Part shown: piece by piece, positions 35,745-46,254 of the stretch | Numbering within the stretch: position 1 is the first letter of the stretch | Layout: each line of letters opens with the position of its first letter | NCBI GenBank assembly: GCA_017551725.1 | Contig: JAFZKY010000014.1 | Location: forward strand, 2,721-66,720 | From: Bacteroidales bacterium | Lineage (GTDB): Bacteria; Bacteroidota; Bacteroidia; Bacteroidales; WCHB1-69 | Length of the DNA stretch: 64,000 bases | Direction: 5' to 3' | Made by a program: the position numbers and the translations under genes | Notes under the pieces: model-generated | Seen by the model: the letters and a program-made list of their open reading frames with translations, nothing else | Told to the model about the DNA's origin: nothing | The model's database searches: none

Positions 35745-37001
35745 CTATATCACCTCCTTCAGCAGCTGTTCCTTCAGTTCCTTACATTGGATCATTGAAA
35801 TTGTTCTCAACGAATTAATATAACCCTGTGTGGTTGTCACATTGGCATGTCCCATGTCGCTCTGAATATCCGCCATGTTTCTACCATTCTCCAGCGACCA
35901 AGTGGCAAAGGTATGCCTCGCCTGAGCCATTGTGATGAATGGAAGACCAAGATCCTCGGCAACAATGTGAAGACCAATATTAGCCCTATCGTTTATGTCA
36001 TGCACTCGGTCGTTTATTTGCTTTTCCGTTTTTGCATTACTCAAGAATGGAAAGATGTAGTCGTTTGGGTGAGATGGATTTATAGAACCATATTTTTTTA
36101 TGAGTTCCATTGTCGCATCCAAAAAGAATATTGATACTGTGATTGAACGTCGTCTGGTTTTATGTCGGATGAACTGAACCATCCAATTATTTTCCACTTT
36201 GCTAATATTTTTATTTTTAAGTCGCAATAAATCACTTAGATAGTGTCCATTTAACAAAAATGATAAAGCGAACATGTCTCGACCAAACTCTGCCTTAGGG
36301 TCAGAACTTTTATATGCAAGTATTTGTTTCAAGCTTTCGCATGACAGACCATAATTAACCTTTCTCGTAGACGTGAGCGAATATTTTTTGAATGGTTTTT
36401 TATCATCAACATAACCCCTGTCCACAGCAAAATTGCAGACTGCTCTAATACACCTGAAATGAGCATTGATCGTGTTTTGCGAAATGTCAGGTTGATGTTT
36501 GCGCATAAACATATCCAGCTTGGGGATCATCTCTTCTGTTATTTCTTCTATTGTTAGTTTTTCTTTGTATTTTGTCAACCAGTTTAAGGCGGTTTTGTAT
36601 GCTCCCTTCGTCCTGTCGGATATTGGTCGAGGGTTAGTCGTATCAGACATGTATTCAGCAAAAACGCTTCGTACATCGTATACACTGCTGATCTTTTTGT
36701 GGACAATCCTTTTGTAGTCTTGTGTGAAGGACGGGAAATTGAAATTTTCGCCAAGCTTTTTGATAATATCTATGGCAGCATTATAAGCGGGGAGCACTTC
36801 CTCGTATGCTGTTTTATACATTTTCAAGTTCTTGTTGTTGAATTCCTGCACGGTCAATTTAGTTCTGCCTCCAGCTGTATAATACCTCGTGTTCCTATCA
36901 TGGGTAACTCTCAACACCAGTATCCTTCTGTCGGGATTGCGGTCAGCATCCCTACGGGGAGACTTGGGGTTGCGGATAATATTTACACTCGGTTTATTCA
37001 T
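35745..37001 (-). CDS. Tyrosine-type site-specific integrase (Bacteroidetes Arm-DNA-binding N-terminus)
   Basis: The catalytic region has RHTFATW...MGHANVTTTQGY. It lies next to the island end. Confidence 0.9.
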   Translation of the reverse strand: MNKPSVNIIRNPKSPRRDADRNPDRRILVLRVTHDRNTRYYTAGGRTKLTVQEFNNKNLKMYKTAYEEVLPAYNAAIDIIKKLGENFNFPSFTQDYKRIVHKKISSVYDVRSVFAEYMSDTTNPRPISDRTKGAYKTALNWLTKYKEKLTIEEITEEMIPKLDMFMRKHQPDISQNTINAHFRCIRAVCNFAVDRGYVDDKKPFKKYSLTSTRKVNYGLSCESLKQILAYKSSDPKAEFGRDMFALSFLLNGHYLSDLLRLKNKNISKVENNWMVQFIRHKTRRRSITVSIFFLDATMELIKKYGSINPSHPNDYIFPFLSNAKTEKQINDRVHDINDRANIGLHIVAEDLGLPFITMAQARHTFATWSLENGRNMADIQSDMGHANVTTTQGYINSLRTISMIQCKELKEQLLKEVI

Positions 37002-37157
37002 TTCGCATTAGAGCCTTTCTTGATCATATAATAAAAATCCACAAAAAAAATTCAACAAAAAACAAAAAATATCAACGGTAATTAAATGAAGTATCAATGA
37101 TGAATAAAAAAATATCAAGTGCACATAAAAGGAGAATGCCAATGGTGCACATAAAAA

Positions 37158-37183
37158 GGTACTAACAAAGGTACTAACATTTT
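37158..37183 (+). repeat. Tandem GGTACTAAC-AAA-GGTACTAAC-ATTTT, candidate integrase arm-type site (right arm)
   Basis: Identical to 13082-13107. Confidence 0.5.
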
Positions 37184-37289
37184 CCGAAAACTTCCCGAAA
37201 CAATCTAAAACATTTTTCATATATCTCCTTCATTATCCAGTTGTTACAATCAGTTTGCAAAAATAACAATTAATGATAATAAAGGATAT

Positions 37290-37337
37290 AATCTGACTGT
37301 TAATCAGAGGGTCCAAGGTTCAAGTCCTTGAGGGAGC
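37290..37337 (+). repeat. attR: displaced 3' half of tRNA-Asn (anticodon arm through acceptor end)
   Basis: Matches 12984-13031 except for a compensatory T-stem pair (CAAGG/CCTTG against CTAGG/CCTAG). Confidence 0.85.
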
Positions 37338-37346
37338 GCAAACAGA

Positions 37347-37384
37347 AAAGCACCGATTCACAGCAGAATGGGTGCTTTTTTTAT
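37347..37384 (+). terminator. Hairpin plus T-run after the tRNA fragment (probably the original tRNA-Asn terminator)
   Basis: AGCACC...GGTGCT followed by TTTTTTT. Confidence 0.55.
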
Positions 37385-37552
37385 ATCCCCGCCCGCCACC
37401 GCCACTATTGCCGATTTCATCAGGTATCGTGCCGAAAATCACAAATAGTTCACAAATTTTCCGGCGAGGAAGATTAAACATGTTGGATAGTAGAAACCAT
37501 CCGCGTGCAATAAATGTGTACTTTTGCGTTCTGAAATGATTTTTATACAAAA

Positions 37553-38245
37553 ATGATGGAAAACAAGGCCACACAATTTTTGGAACGCTATCGTGAGATT
37601 GAAGAGTGGGTGCTCAACAATCTGAACGTCACGGATATGAAAGACCTGGAACAGATGCCGCGCTACAAGAGCCTGCGCAGCAACCTCGCCTTCTGCCGCC
37701 TTCTGCGCAACCTGCTCTCCCACTACGACTGGTCGAAGGCGGGCGACGACCTCATCATCGTCACCGACCAGGCCGTGCGGCAGGTCAACAACCTCTACTA
37801 CGCACTCAATCCCGTGACCCTGATGCGTCTGGCCATCCGCGCGGGCCAGATCTTCGCCCCCGCCCCAACCGACTCGGTATTCGCCGCCATCCAGGTGATG
37901 CACCGCAACGACTACTCCTACATCCCTATCGTAGATAACCACCAAATTGTCGGAGTATTCAGCAACAAGACGCTGCTGAACCTGCTGGCCGAAAGCAACT
38001 CTCTGCACTTGTCCGACACGCTGACCTTCCAAGATATCGCTAGCCATATCCGCTTGACCGACGAGTCGAATGCCCACTACGGCTTCATCGACCCCAACGC
38101 CACCGTGGAGGATGTGTCTGTAAAGTTCCAACGTTCCAAAACGCGGAGAAAACGGTTGGATGTGCTGTTTATCACGGATAGCGGTCGTTCTGACGGGCGG
38201 TTGCAGGGGATGATCACTCCCGCCGACCTCATCGGGGCACAATAG
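37553..38245 (+). CDS. CBS domain-pair protein
   Basis: Contains AIQVMHRNDYSYIPIVDNHQIVGVFS and a second CBS-like unit ending GMITPADL. The opposite-strand ORF has antisense-type composition. Confidence 0.7.
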   Translation: MMENKATQFLERYREIEEWVLNNLNVTDMKDLEQMPRYKSLRSNLAFCRLLRNLLSHYDWSKAGDDLIIVTDQAVRQVNNLYYALNPVTLMRLAIRAGQIFAPAPTDSVFAAIQVMHRNDYSYIPIVDNHQIVGVFSNKTLLNLLAESNSLHLSDTLTFQDIASHIRLTDESNAHYGFIDPNATVEDVSVKFQRSKTRRKRLDVLFITDSGRSDGRLQGMITPADLIGAQ

Positions 38246-38558
38246 TCACACAAGGGGAAAGAATTATCCCGTTTGGTTTTATTCGGCGTTGAACCTCATC
38301 ACTTACACGTAATGTCCGCTGAATCATGTTCATTTTCTTTGTTCTTGCCCAAAGAAAACGAACCAAAAGAAATGCGCTTTGCCGCTGAGCAAATGACGGC
38401 TAAAATCGGGCCTCGTTCGCTAAACGGCGAAAACTTGCAACACTACACTGCGTTCCGTGTTGCTTCGGACAGTTCGCCGTTCTTTACGCTCACTCGACAC
38501 CGATTTCTTCACGCCCTCATTTGCAAGGCGGCGAGCCAGAGACCTTAAACAAAAAACA

Positions 38559-39053
38559 TCAGAAATTCTCTACCTTTTCTTTCACCTCGTGATAGTTTTG
38601 AAACAAGGGAATTCCGATTTTATCCTTCTTGAATGTTCGCTCGTGCATAATGGGTTGGGTGTTCAGTCTGATTTTGGCAACGACCTGGGAAAACAAATCC
38701 ATTTGTTCTTCTGTCACCATAAACCAAGCTGTTGCACAATATGACTTAGTTGGGATAAAAACATAGCCTACAATCATACCTCCTTCACTTGTGGTGACAC
38801 CAAATTTTTTCCCTTGCAATTGTAAAGTCTTATCATCAAAAAACCGCACCAGCATAGATGGATTATCATTGAACATTAGTCTATCTGACTTGACATTGAC
38901 TACTATGTATGCTGTATCATTTACAATGGTAGGGGTATATATCACAGAGCACCCTTCATCCGCAAACGGATGATAAGTATATCCCACGCTTTGCGCACCT
39001 AATTGCACCACATTAACGATTAGAAGAATCAATAATGAAAAACGATTTAGCAT
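38559..39053 (-). CDS. Hypothetical secreted protein
   Basis: 164 aa with signal peptide MLNRFSLLILLIVNVVQLGAQS. Confidence 0.55.
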   Translation of the reverse strand: MLNRFSLLILLIVNVVQLGAQSVGYTYHPFADEGCSVIYTPTIVNDTAYIVVNVKSDRLMFNDNPSMLVRFFDDKTLQLQGKKFGVTTSEGGMIVGYVFIPTKSYCATAWFMVTEEQMDLFSQVVAKIRLNTQPIMHERTFKKDKIGIPLFQNYHEVKEKVENF

Positions 39054-39140
39054 AAGTTCCTTCCTTTTTTGTTAATAATCTTAAACCTACGTTGTTACAT
39101 AGAAAAAAAACACGTTTCAAATAAAACACCCAAAATCTCC

Positions 39141-40370
39141 CTATTCCCAGCGGACGGCCGCTGTGGGGGTGATTTTGCGCGCCACCACCCACGCGGGCAG
39201 GAGCAGCATCGCCGCACACAACACGAACACGCCCGCGTTGAGGCCAAGCACCGCCCACACATTGAAATGCACGGGGATAAAGTCCACGTAATAGGTTTCG
39301 GGGTTGAGTTTGATGAGATGGAAATGTTGTTGCGCCCAGCCGAAAAGCAACGCCACGGCATCCCCGATGAGCATTCCCTTCAAAAGGATGTTGCAGGCCA
39401 CCAGCACAAACGTCTGTACTAACGTTTTGGTCTTCAGCCCCATCGTCTTCAATAGCCCGATGGTGCGTGTTTGTTCCAGCACTACAATGAAGAAAATGGA
39501 CAGCATCGTCACGATGCAGACGCAGGTGGTGATGATGAGCAGCACCGCCACATTGGTGTCGAAAAGCGCAATCCACTCGAAGATTTCCGGATAGATCTGC
39601 CGGATGGTCTCCGCCTTGAGGTCCGGGTTGATGTGGTGGTGGATGTAGTCGCCCATCTCATCCAGTTTGTCATAATCCCGTATCAGCACCTCCATGCCGC
39701 TCACTTGGTTCTCGTCCCAGTCGTTGAGGCGCTGCACCTGCCGGATGTCCACCAGTGCGAACATGTTGTCGTACTCCGGGAGCCCCGTGTGGTAGATGCC
39801 TGCCACGGTGAAACTGCGTGCGCGCGGCGGGTCCTGCACGAAGTAGGTCTGCACCTTGTCGCCAAGATGCAGCAAAAGTTTGTCGGACATCTGCTTGGAA
39901 ATCACAATTTGGCGGCTCGGGGCGGTGTCGCCCAGCTGCAGCAGGTCGCCCTCCACAAGGTTATGGCGGAAAAGGTCGGCGTTGAACGTCTCGTCCACAC
40001 CCTTCAGCACCACGCCTTCCACCTGGTCGGCGGTCTTGATGACGCCCACCTTGGTGGCAAAATTCTGCAAACTCGCCACCTCAGGCTGCCGACGTATTTC
40101 CTTCACAAACGGTTGGTTCTTGTCGAACGGCACCTGCTCGTGGGAGTAGTTCTGGTCGAAATGGGTGATGCGGATGTGCGAACCCATCGCGATGACCTTG
40201 TCGCGAATGGCCTGCCTGTAGCCCGCCGTGATGCCGATGGCCATCATCATGATGACCATACCGATGGAGACACCCATCACCGACAAGCGTATGATGGGAC
40301 GGGAGAAACGGTTTCCCTTGTCCTTCAGGATCCGATTGGCCAGCAGAAATGAGATGGGCAGACGCGACAT
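39141..40370 (-). CDS. ABC transporter permease, FtsX/LolE-like
   Basis: It has four TM segments with a large periplasmic loop and a MacB/FtsX-type C-terminal TM bundle. The ATG at 40370 avoids overlap with the upstream gene. Confidence 0.8.
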   Translation of the reverse strand: MSRLPISFLLANRILKDKGNRFSRPIIRLSVMGVSIGMVIMMMAIGITAGYRQAIRDKVIAMGSHIRITHFDQNYSHEQVPFDKNQPFVKEIRRQPEVASLQNFATKVGVIKTADQVEGVVLKGVDETFNADLFRHNLVEGDLLQLGDTAPSRQIVISKQMSDKLLLHLGDKVQTYFVQDPPRARSFTVAGIYHTGLPEYDNMFALVDIRQVQRLNDWDENQVSGMEVLIRDYDKLDEMGDYIHHHINPDLKAETIRQIYPEIFEWIALFDTNVAVLLIITTCVCIVTMLSIFFIVVLEQTRTIGLLKTMGLKTKTLVQTFVLVACNILLKGMLIGDAVALLFGWAQQHFHLIKLNPETYYVDFIPVHFNVWAVLGLNAGVFVLCAAMLLLPAWVVARKITPTAAVRWE

Positions 40371-40377
40371 AATGTTG

Positions 40378-40956
40378 TTAAAAATCCACCGCGACACCTA
40401 TACGGGCAAACATCGGAAGGAATTTCTTGTAATAATTGTTGTCGTTCTGAACCGGATAGATAACATACAAGGCATACATTCTCACGTTGTTGGAAAGATA
40501 CGACTGGAAGCCGATGCCCAATGCCAGTACATGCACATTGCGACGCTCGAAGATAGGGTTGCCTTGGTTGTCTATGGCCGTCCATTCTGGATAGCTCAAG
40601 TATTCATACCCAACACGACCTGTCAGATAGTTCACCACGGTAGCCTCGGCAAAGGCGGTGGCACCGAAAGAGTGAATCACCTTCATCAACGAGTTGTCAT
40701 AGGACAACTCGTAGCGGGGTCCCACGCCAAAGCGGAGCCAATTCGTGGCATAGATACCCGCTTCGGGTGTGAGGGAGAAGTAATACCCGAAGTTGGAATT
40801 GATGTTGCCACCCGCGAAAAAGCGGAGTTTTTTGTCCGTATTGGTAGTGGTTGAGTTTTGTTGGGCATTGCGCAACGCACGGGGCAGGTTCACGTTCTGT
40901 GCGCCTGCAGAAAGGACCGTGAGCAGAACCAACAATAGGGTTGCGATTTTTTTCAT
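40378..40956 (-). CDS. Outer-membrane beta-barrel protein (porin-family)
   Basis: It has signal peptide MKKIATLLLVLLTVLSAGAQ, alternating hydrophobic beta-strand pattern and a C-terminal aromatic residue (F). Confidence 0.65.
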   Translation of the reverse strand: MKKIATLLLVLLTVLSAGAQNVNLPRALRNAQQNSTTTNTDKKLRFFAGGNINSNFGYYFSLTPEAGIYATNWLRFGVGPRYELSYDNSLMKVIHSFGATAFAEATVVNYLTGRVGYEYLSYPEWTAIDNQGNPIFERRNVHVLALGIGFQSYLSNNVRMYALYVIYPVQNDNNYYKKFLPMFARIGVAVDF

Positions 40957-40973
40957 AACATAATAATATAAAT

Positions 40974-41001
40974 GTAGAGACGCAATGCATTGCGTCTCTA
41001 C
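40974..41001. repeat. Perfect 28-bp palindrome GTAGAGACGCAATGCATTGCGTCTCTAC (REP-like), copy 2
   Basis: Read directly. It lies between the pta stop and the OMP gene start. Confidence 0.8.
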
Positions 41002-41020
41002 ACATCAGATTTCGGAATAA

Positions 41021-42028
41021 TTAGAATTTGTTGCCGGCAGCCTGGCAGGCCGTGATGGCCACGAGGCTGACGATGTCGTCCACGGAGCAACCGCGGGAAA
41101 GGTCGTTGATGGGGGCGGCCATGCCCTGCATCACCGGTCCGATGGCATCGGCGCCAGCCATACGCTGCACCAGCTTGTAGGCAATGTTGCCCACCTCGAG
41201 CGACGGGAACACCAGCACGTTGGCCTTGCCAGCGACGGGGCTGCCTGGAGCCTTCTTGGCGGCCACCTCGGGGATGATGGCGGCATCAGCCTGCAAATCA
41301 CCATCGATCATCAGGTTGGGATCCATCTCCTTGGCAATGCGGGTAGCGTTGACCACCTTATCCACGAGCTCGTGTTTGGCAGAGCCTTTGGTGGAGAAGC
41401 TCAGCATGGCCACGCGCGGCTCAATGCCGGCGATGGTGCGGGCCGTCTGGGCGGTCACCACTGCGATCTGGGCCAGCTTATTCTCGTCCGTGTTCGGGTC
41501 GGCGGCACAGTCGGCGAACACCATGATGCCGTCATCGCCCCACTTCTTGTCGGGGAAGCACATGATGAACGCGCCAGAAACCACGGAAATACCCGGCAGG
41601 GTCTTCACAATCTGGAAGGCAGGACGAAGCACATCGCCCGTGGCGTGCTGCGCACCCGTGACCTCACCGTCGGCGTCGCCGTTCTTGATGAGCAGCGTGC
41701 CCAGATAGAGAGGATCCTCCACCAGCGTGCGGGCCTCCTCGATGGTCATGCCTTTTTTCTTGCGGATTTCGCAAAGCATCTCGGCATAATATTCCTTTTT
41801 GGGGTTGTCCATGGGGTCGATAATCTCGGCCTTGCCGATGTTCTTCAAGCCCCATTCGGCAGCCTGGGCCTCGATTTTGGCCTTGTTGCCCAATAAAATG
41901 ATGCCGGCATATCCTTTGTCCAGGATGATGTCAGCGGCTTTCAATGTTCTCTCCTCTTCGCCTTCGGCCAGCACAATGCGCTTGTTGGCACTGATGGCGT
42001 TTTGTTTGATTTTGTCGATTAAATTCAT
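41021..42028 (-). CDS. pta: Phosphate acetyltransferase
   Basis: 335-aa short-form Pta. Conserved blocks include SFSTKGSAKH and INDLSRGC. Confidence 0.9.
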   Translation of the reverse strand: MNLIDKIKQNAISANKRIVLAEGEEERTLKAADIILDKGYAGIILLGNKAKIEAQAAEWGLKNIGKAEIIDPMDNPKKEYYAEMLCEIRKKKGMTIEEARTLVEDPLYLGTLLIKNGDADGEVTGAQHATGDVLRPAFQIVKTLPGISVVSGAFIMCFPDKKWGDDGIMVFADCAADPNTDENKLAQIAVVTAQTARTIAGIEPRVAMLSFSTKGSAKHELVDKVVNATRIAKEMDPNLMIDGDLQADAAIIPEVAAKKAPGSPVAGKANVLVFPSLEVGNIAYKLVQRMAGADAIGPVMQGMAAPINDLSRGCSVDDIVSLVAITACQAAGNKF

Positions 42029-42079
42029 AGTAAAAATTCCTTGTTGTTATACTGTAAAATTAATATCTGTTTTTGTCGG

Positions 42080-42316
42080 CTACTCGGCCAGCACCAGCAC
42101 ATTGCCGTCCAGCACTTCCGCCACACCGCCGTTGATGTCGAAGAACTGCTGCTGCTTGGCGTTGTCTTCGATTTTGATGCGGCCTTTTTGCAAGGCGGCT
42201 ACCAGCGGCGCGTGATGGTCCAGGATTTCAAACAGGCCGTCAATGCCCGGCATCTGCACCAGGGTGACCTCACCGGAAAACACCGATTTGTCGGGAGTTC
42301 TGATTTCCAAGTTCAT
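42080..42316 (-). CDS. atpC: F-type ATP synthase epsilon subunit
   Basis: 78 aa, immediately downstream of atpD, with an N-terminal beta-sandwich-like sequence. Confidence 0.85.
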   Translation of the reverse strand: MNLEIRTPDKSVFSGEVTLVQMPGIDGLFEILDHHAPLVAALQKGRIKIEDNAKQQQFFDINGGVAEVLDGNVLVLAE

Positions 42317-42322
42317 AGCCTA

Positions 42323-43852
<1,530 letters not shown>

Positions 43853-43889
43853 TTATTTTGAGCCGCCAAAGATAAGAAAAATATTCAAA

Positions 43890-45662
43890 CTATTTCTTGA
43901 TCACCTTCCCCACATTCTGACCCACTTTCACCACATACACGCCCGAGGCGTAGGAGCTCATATCAATCTGTTCGCGGGTACTTGTCAACGGTTTTCTATA
44001 CAATAATTTACCAAAAATATCGAACACCATAACAGGCTCGTGATTTTGCACCATTTCTTCATTCTCAATTTCAACCGTCACAAAGCTGGTAGTCGGGTTG
44101 GGGTAAAGATTGAAAGATGTTTTGGAAGGATGTTCCTCCACGCCTAACGGAGAAAGATAAACTGGATTCACGTGATAGAGGCTGTCGAAGACAATACCGT
44201 TTGTGATATTTCCATTTATGGCCCAATTGTGCGGGATGGTGACGAGGCAGAGTTCCACCTCCTCCATGCCGCCAGCCGGCAGGTTAAAAGGCCCCACGGA
44301 AGCAAGGCCTCGGCGGTCAGCGGGAGAATTTCCCACGTTATATTCTGTCCATCCGCCAACGCCGTACATGTCGGGGTTGGGGTTCATACCGTATGTTCCA
44401 ACGTTACAAGGATCGCTCAGGCTAGGAAACATGAAGTTACATTCTGGACCATTCCCTCCATTTTCGGTATGACCGTTCCCACCATAGCGCATCTTCGTGT
44501 TGTCTTTCCAAATTCCATGCAGGGCATTATAATACTCAACGGCAACCGAAGGATCGCCATATATCGAATTATCGTTGTTATGACGAATAAAACCAGTCAT
44601 ACCGTAGCGCTCGTTATCTACAATGCCGTCGTCGAAACCGGAAGTTCCATTAATGGCATATCGGTCAAACGCATTTCCACTATAAAGAAAGGAAGCACAA
44701 TCGGCAGATTCACTGTAGGCAGGATTGTCAACACCATCGGCGGGCATCAGCGGGCCCGACAACAGCGTGAGCGTCTGCACAGGCCAGTCGGCACCATAGC
44801 TATTACTTTGACCGGAACCATCTATTCCTGTTCCATTATAACAATAAACGGTGTTCTTCATCACATCGCATCCCACATAGTCATCGCCATAATATCCTAA
44901 ATCCCAGTCACTCCACAATCCGATATATGCGTTATGATAGTTGTTCTGTGAGCGATTGAAAATTTTGTATTTCAAAAAGATGGTGTTATTCATAATGGTA
45001 TCTCCTGGAGCATCATACGCATACGCCATCACATGGGCTTCCACACCTAACGGAAGTCCCTGGCTTTCCGTGTGCGTACTATAATTGTCATTAAAGATGA
45101 TAAATTGCGCCATGTCGCCGGGGAAAGCCGGGTAGTCGCCGTGTTCCGGCTCATAACGGTTATTGTAGTCCACATCCACAAACGGGGCGAGCAGCCATGC
45201 TTGGCCTTTGGTCGTGTCGCCGTGCGCAGGCCAGTCGAGGATATGCTGCGGGATCGTGTAGCCCGAGGTGAGCCTGTTTTCCAAAAAGTCCAGCACCTCC
45301 TGACGGGTGATTTTGAACGTGCGGTCCCACTGCTGCCGGGTGGTCTCGTCAATGGAGGCATCCACCGTGGAGAGCGGTCCGGGCCAGGTGTCGTGGCCCA
45401 CCTGATTGTAACGGTCCGCAAACAGATGGAGCAAGGTGTCGGCGTCCAACGCGCCCATCCAGAACGAATAGCAGAAATAGGTGGACTGCTCCGAGCCTTT
45501 GGGGACACGAAAACCTACGTTGTCCCCCGAAAACCAAGCTCCGCCTTGAGGTCTGATGGGAGCATCCACATTATTGATGTCAAGACGGTTCTCCTGCGCC
45601 TGCGCAACCATTCCGACCATGCACAACAGGATGGTGAGGAATAAAAATGTACTTTTTCTCAT
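43890..45662 (-). CDS. Secreted protein with T9SS type A C-terminal sorting domain, function unknown
   Basis: A signal peptide follows MRKSTFLF. The C-terminus has LYPNPTTSFVTVE...GVYVVKVG...KVIKK. Confidence 0.7.
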   Translation of the reverse strand: MRKSTFLFLTILLCMVGMVAQAQENRLDINNVDAPIRPQGGAWFSGDNVGFRVPKGSEQSTYFCYSFWMGALDADTLLHLFADRYNQVGHDTWPGPLSTVDASIDETTRQQWDRTFKITRQEVLDFLENRLTSGYTIPQHILDWPAHGDTTKGQAWLLAPFVDVDYNNRYEPEHGDYPAFPGDMAQFIIFNDNYSTHTESQGLPLGVEAHVMAYAYDAPGDTIMNNTIFLKYKIFNRSQNNYHNAYIGLWSDWDLGYYGDDYVGCDVMKNTVYCYNGTGIDGSGQSNSYGADWPVQTLTLLSGPLMPADGVDNPAYSESADCASFLYSGNAFDRYAINGTSGFDDGIVDNERYGMTGFIRHNNDNSIYGDPSVAVEYYNALHGIWKDNTKMRYGGNGHTENGGNGPECNFMFPSLSDPCNVGTYGMNPNPDMYGVGGWTEYNVGNSPADRRGLASVGPFNLPAGGMEEVELCLVTIPHNWAINGNITNGIVFDSLYHVNPVYLSPLGVEEHPSKTSFNLYPNPTTSFVTVEIENEEMVQNHEPVMVFDIFGKLLYRKPLTSTREQIDMSSYASGVYVVKVGQNVGKVIKK

Positions 45663-45875
45663 ATTATTTGTGTTTTTGATATTTTGCAAGAATCAGAACA
45701 TCTTCCGTTTTTTCTTGGAAAATCATGCTGCAAAGATACATCTTTTTTATCGATAGCATCATTGTGTTATCCGTTATTTGTCAAAACAAAAAATTATTTT
45801 ATACTCACAATCAATAAGTTACAAAATGTGGTCAAAAAAAATTTTTCAAAACCATTGACATATTGAAAAAAAGTG

Positions 45876-45883
45876 TATTTTTG
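45876..45883 (+). promoter_or_regulatory. Bacteroidetes -7 promoter box TATTTTTG upstream of tRNA-Gly
   Basis: Matches TAnnTTTG 16 nt upstream of the tRNA. Confidence 0.4.
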
Positions 45884-45898
45884 CAGCCGAAATCTTAA

Positions 45899-45971
45899 GC
45901 GGAAGTAGCTCAGTTGGTAGAGCACAACCTTGCCAAGGTTGGGGTCGCGAGTCCGAGTCTCGTTTTCCGCT
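45899..45971 (+). tRNA. tRNA-Gly (anticodon GCC)
   Basis: Hand-folded cloverleaf. Acceptor GCGGAAG pairs with TTTCCGC, and the anticodon loop is TTGCCAA. Confidence 0.93.
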
Positions 45972-45985
45972 CAAATATAACGAAA

Positions 45986-46016
45986 CGCCCAGTTTTTCAG
46001 CTGGGTGTTTTTGTTT
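45986..46016 (+). terminator. Hairpin plus T-run after tRNA-Gly
   Basis: CGCCCAG...CTGGGTG followed by TTTTTGTTTT. Confidence 0.5.
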
Positions 46017-46090
46017 TAAATGCCTGAAAATAAGCATCTTGCAAAATGACGGTTCTCCGCCAGCTTTCTCGTTTTTCCAAAAAAGCGTTC

Positions 46091-46187
46091 AAAAAAGTGT
46101 TCAACTGACGGAATAGAAATCCTCCAACTGGCAGGGTAAAAAATCTCCAACTGACGGATTGAAAACGCTCCAAGTGGCGGAATAAAA
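46091..46187 (+). repeat. Four degenerate 22-29-bp tandem repeats, core CTCCAACTGRCGG...AAAA
   Basis: Read directly. They lie upstream of the promoter of the 46255 gene. Confidence 0.6.
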
Positions 46188-46254
46188 TTTAAAAAGTGCT
46201 GAATATTAAATAAAAAGCATTATCTTTGCAGCGAAAAAAAATATTGTAGAGATA

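Larger units (their letters stand above)
12984..37341 (+). mobile_element. ~24.3-kb integrated genomic island in the 3' half of tRNA-Asn (defence-island cargo)
   Basis: 52-bp direct repeats lie at 12984-13035 and 37290-37341. A tyrosine integrase is at 35745-37001 and an excisionase-like gene at 13098-13478. The interior is visibly AT-richer than both flanks. Confidence 0.8.

Noticed and set aside
37008-37220. 70-aa hydrophobic ORF upstream of the integrase
   Set aside because: It lies in the AT-rich att arm and spans the GGTACTAAC repeats. The Phe/Leu-rich translation is what poly-A/T DNA produces.
37439-38242. 267-aa ORF on the minus strand opposite the CBS gene
   Set aside because: The plus-strand product has recognisable CBS units. 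The minus-strand product is Val/Gly/Asp-rich with no motif.
38273-38548. 91-aa ORF in the 310-bp gap between the CBS gene and the 164-aa secreted protein gene
   Set aside because: It has no start context, promoter box or motif, and its composition looks non-coding. I cannot tell whether the gap holds an ncRNA, so no feature is called.
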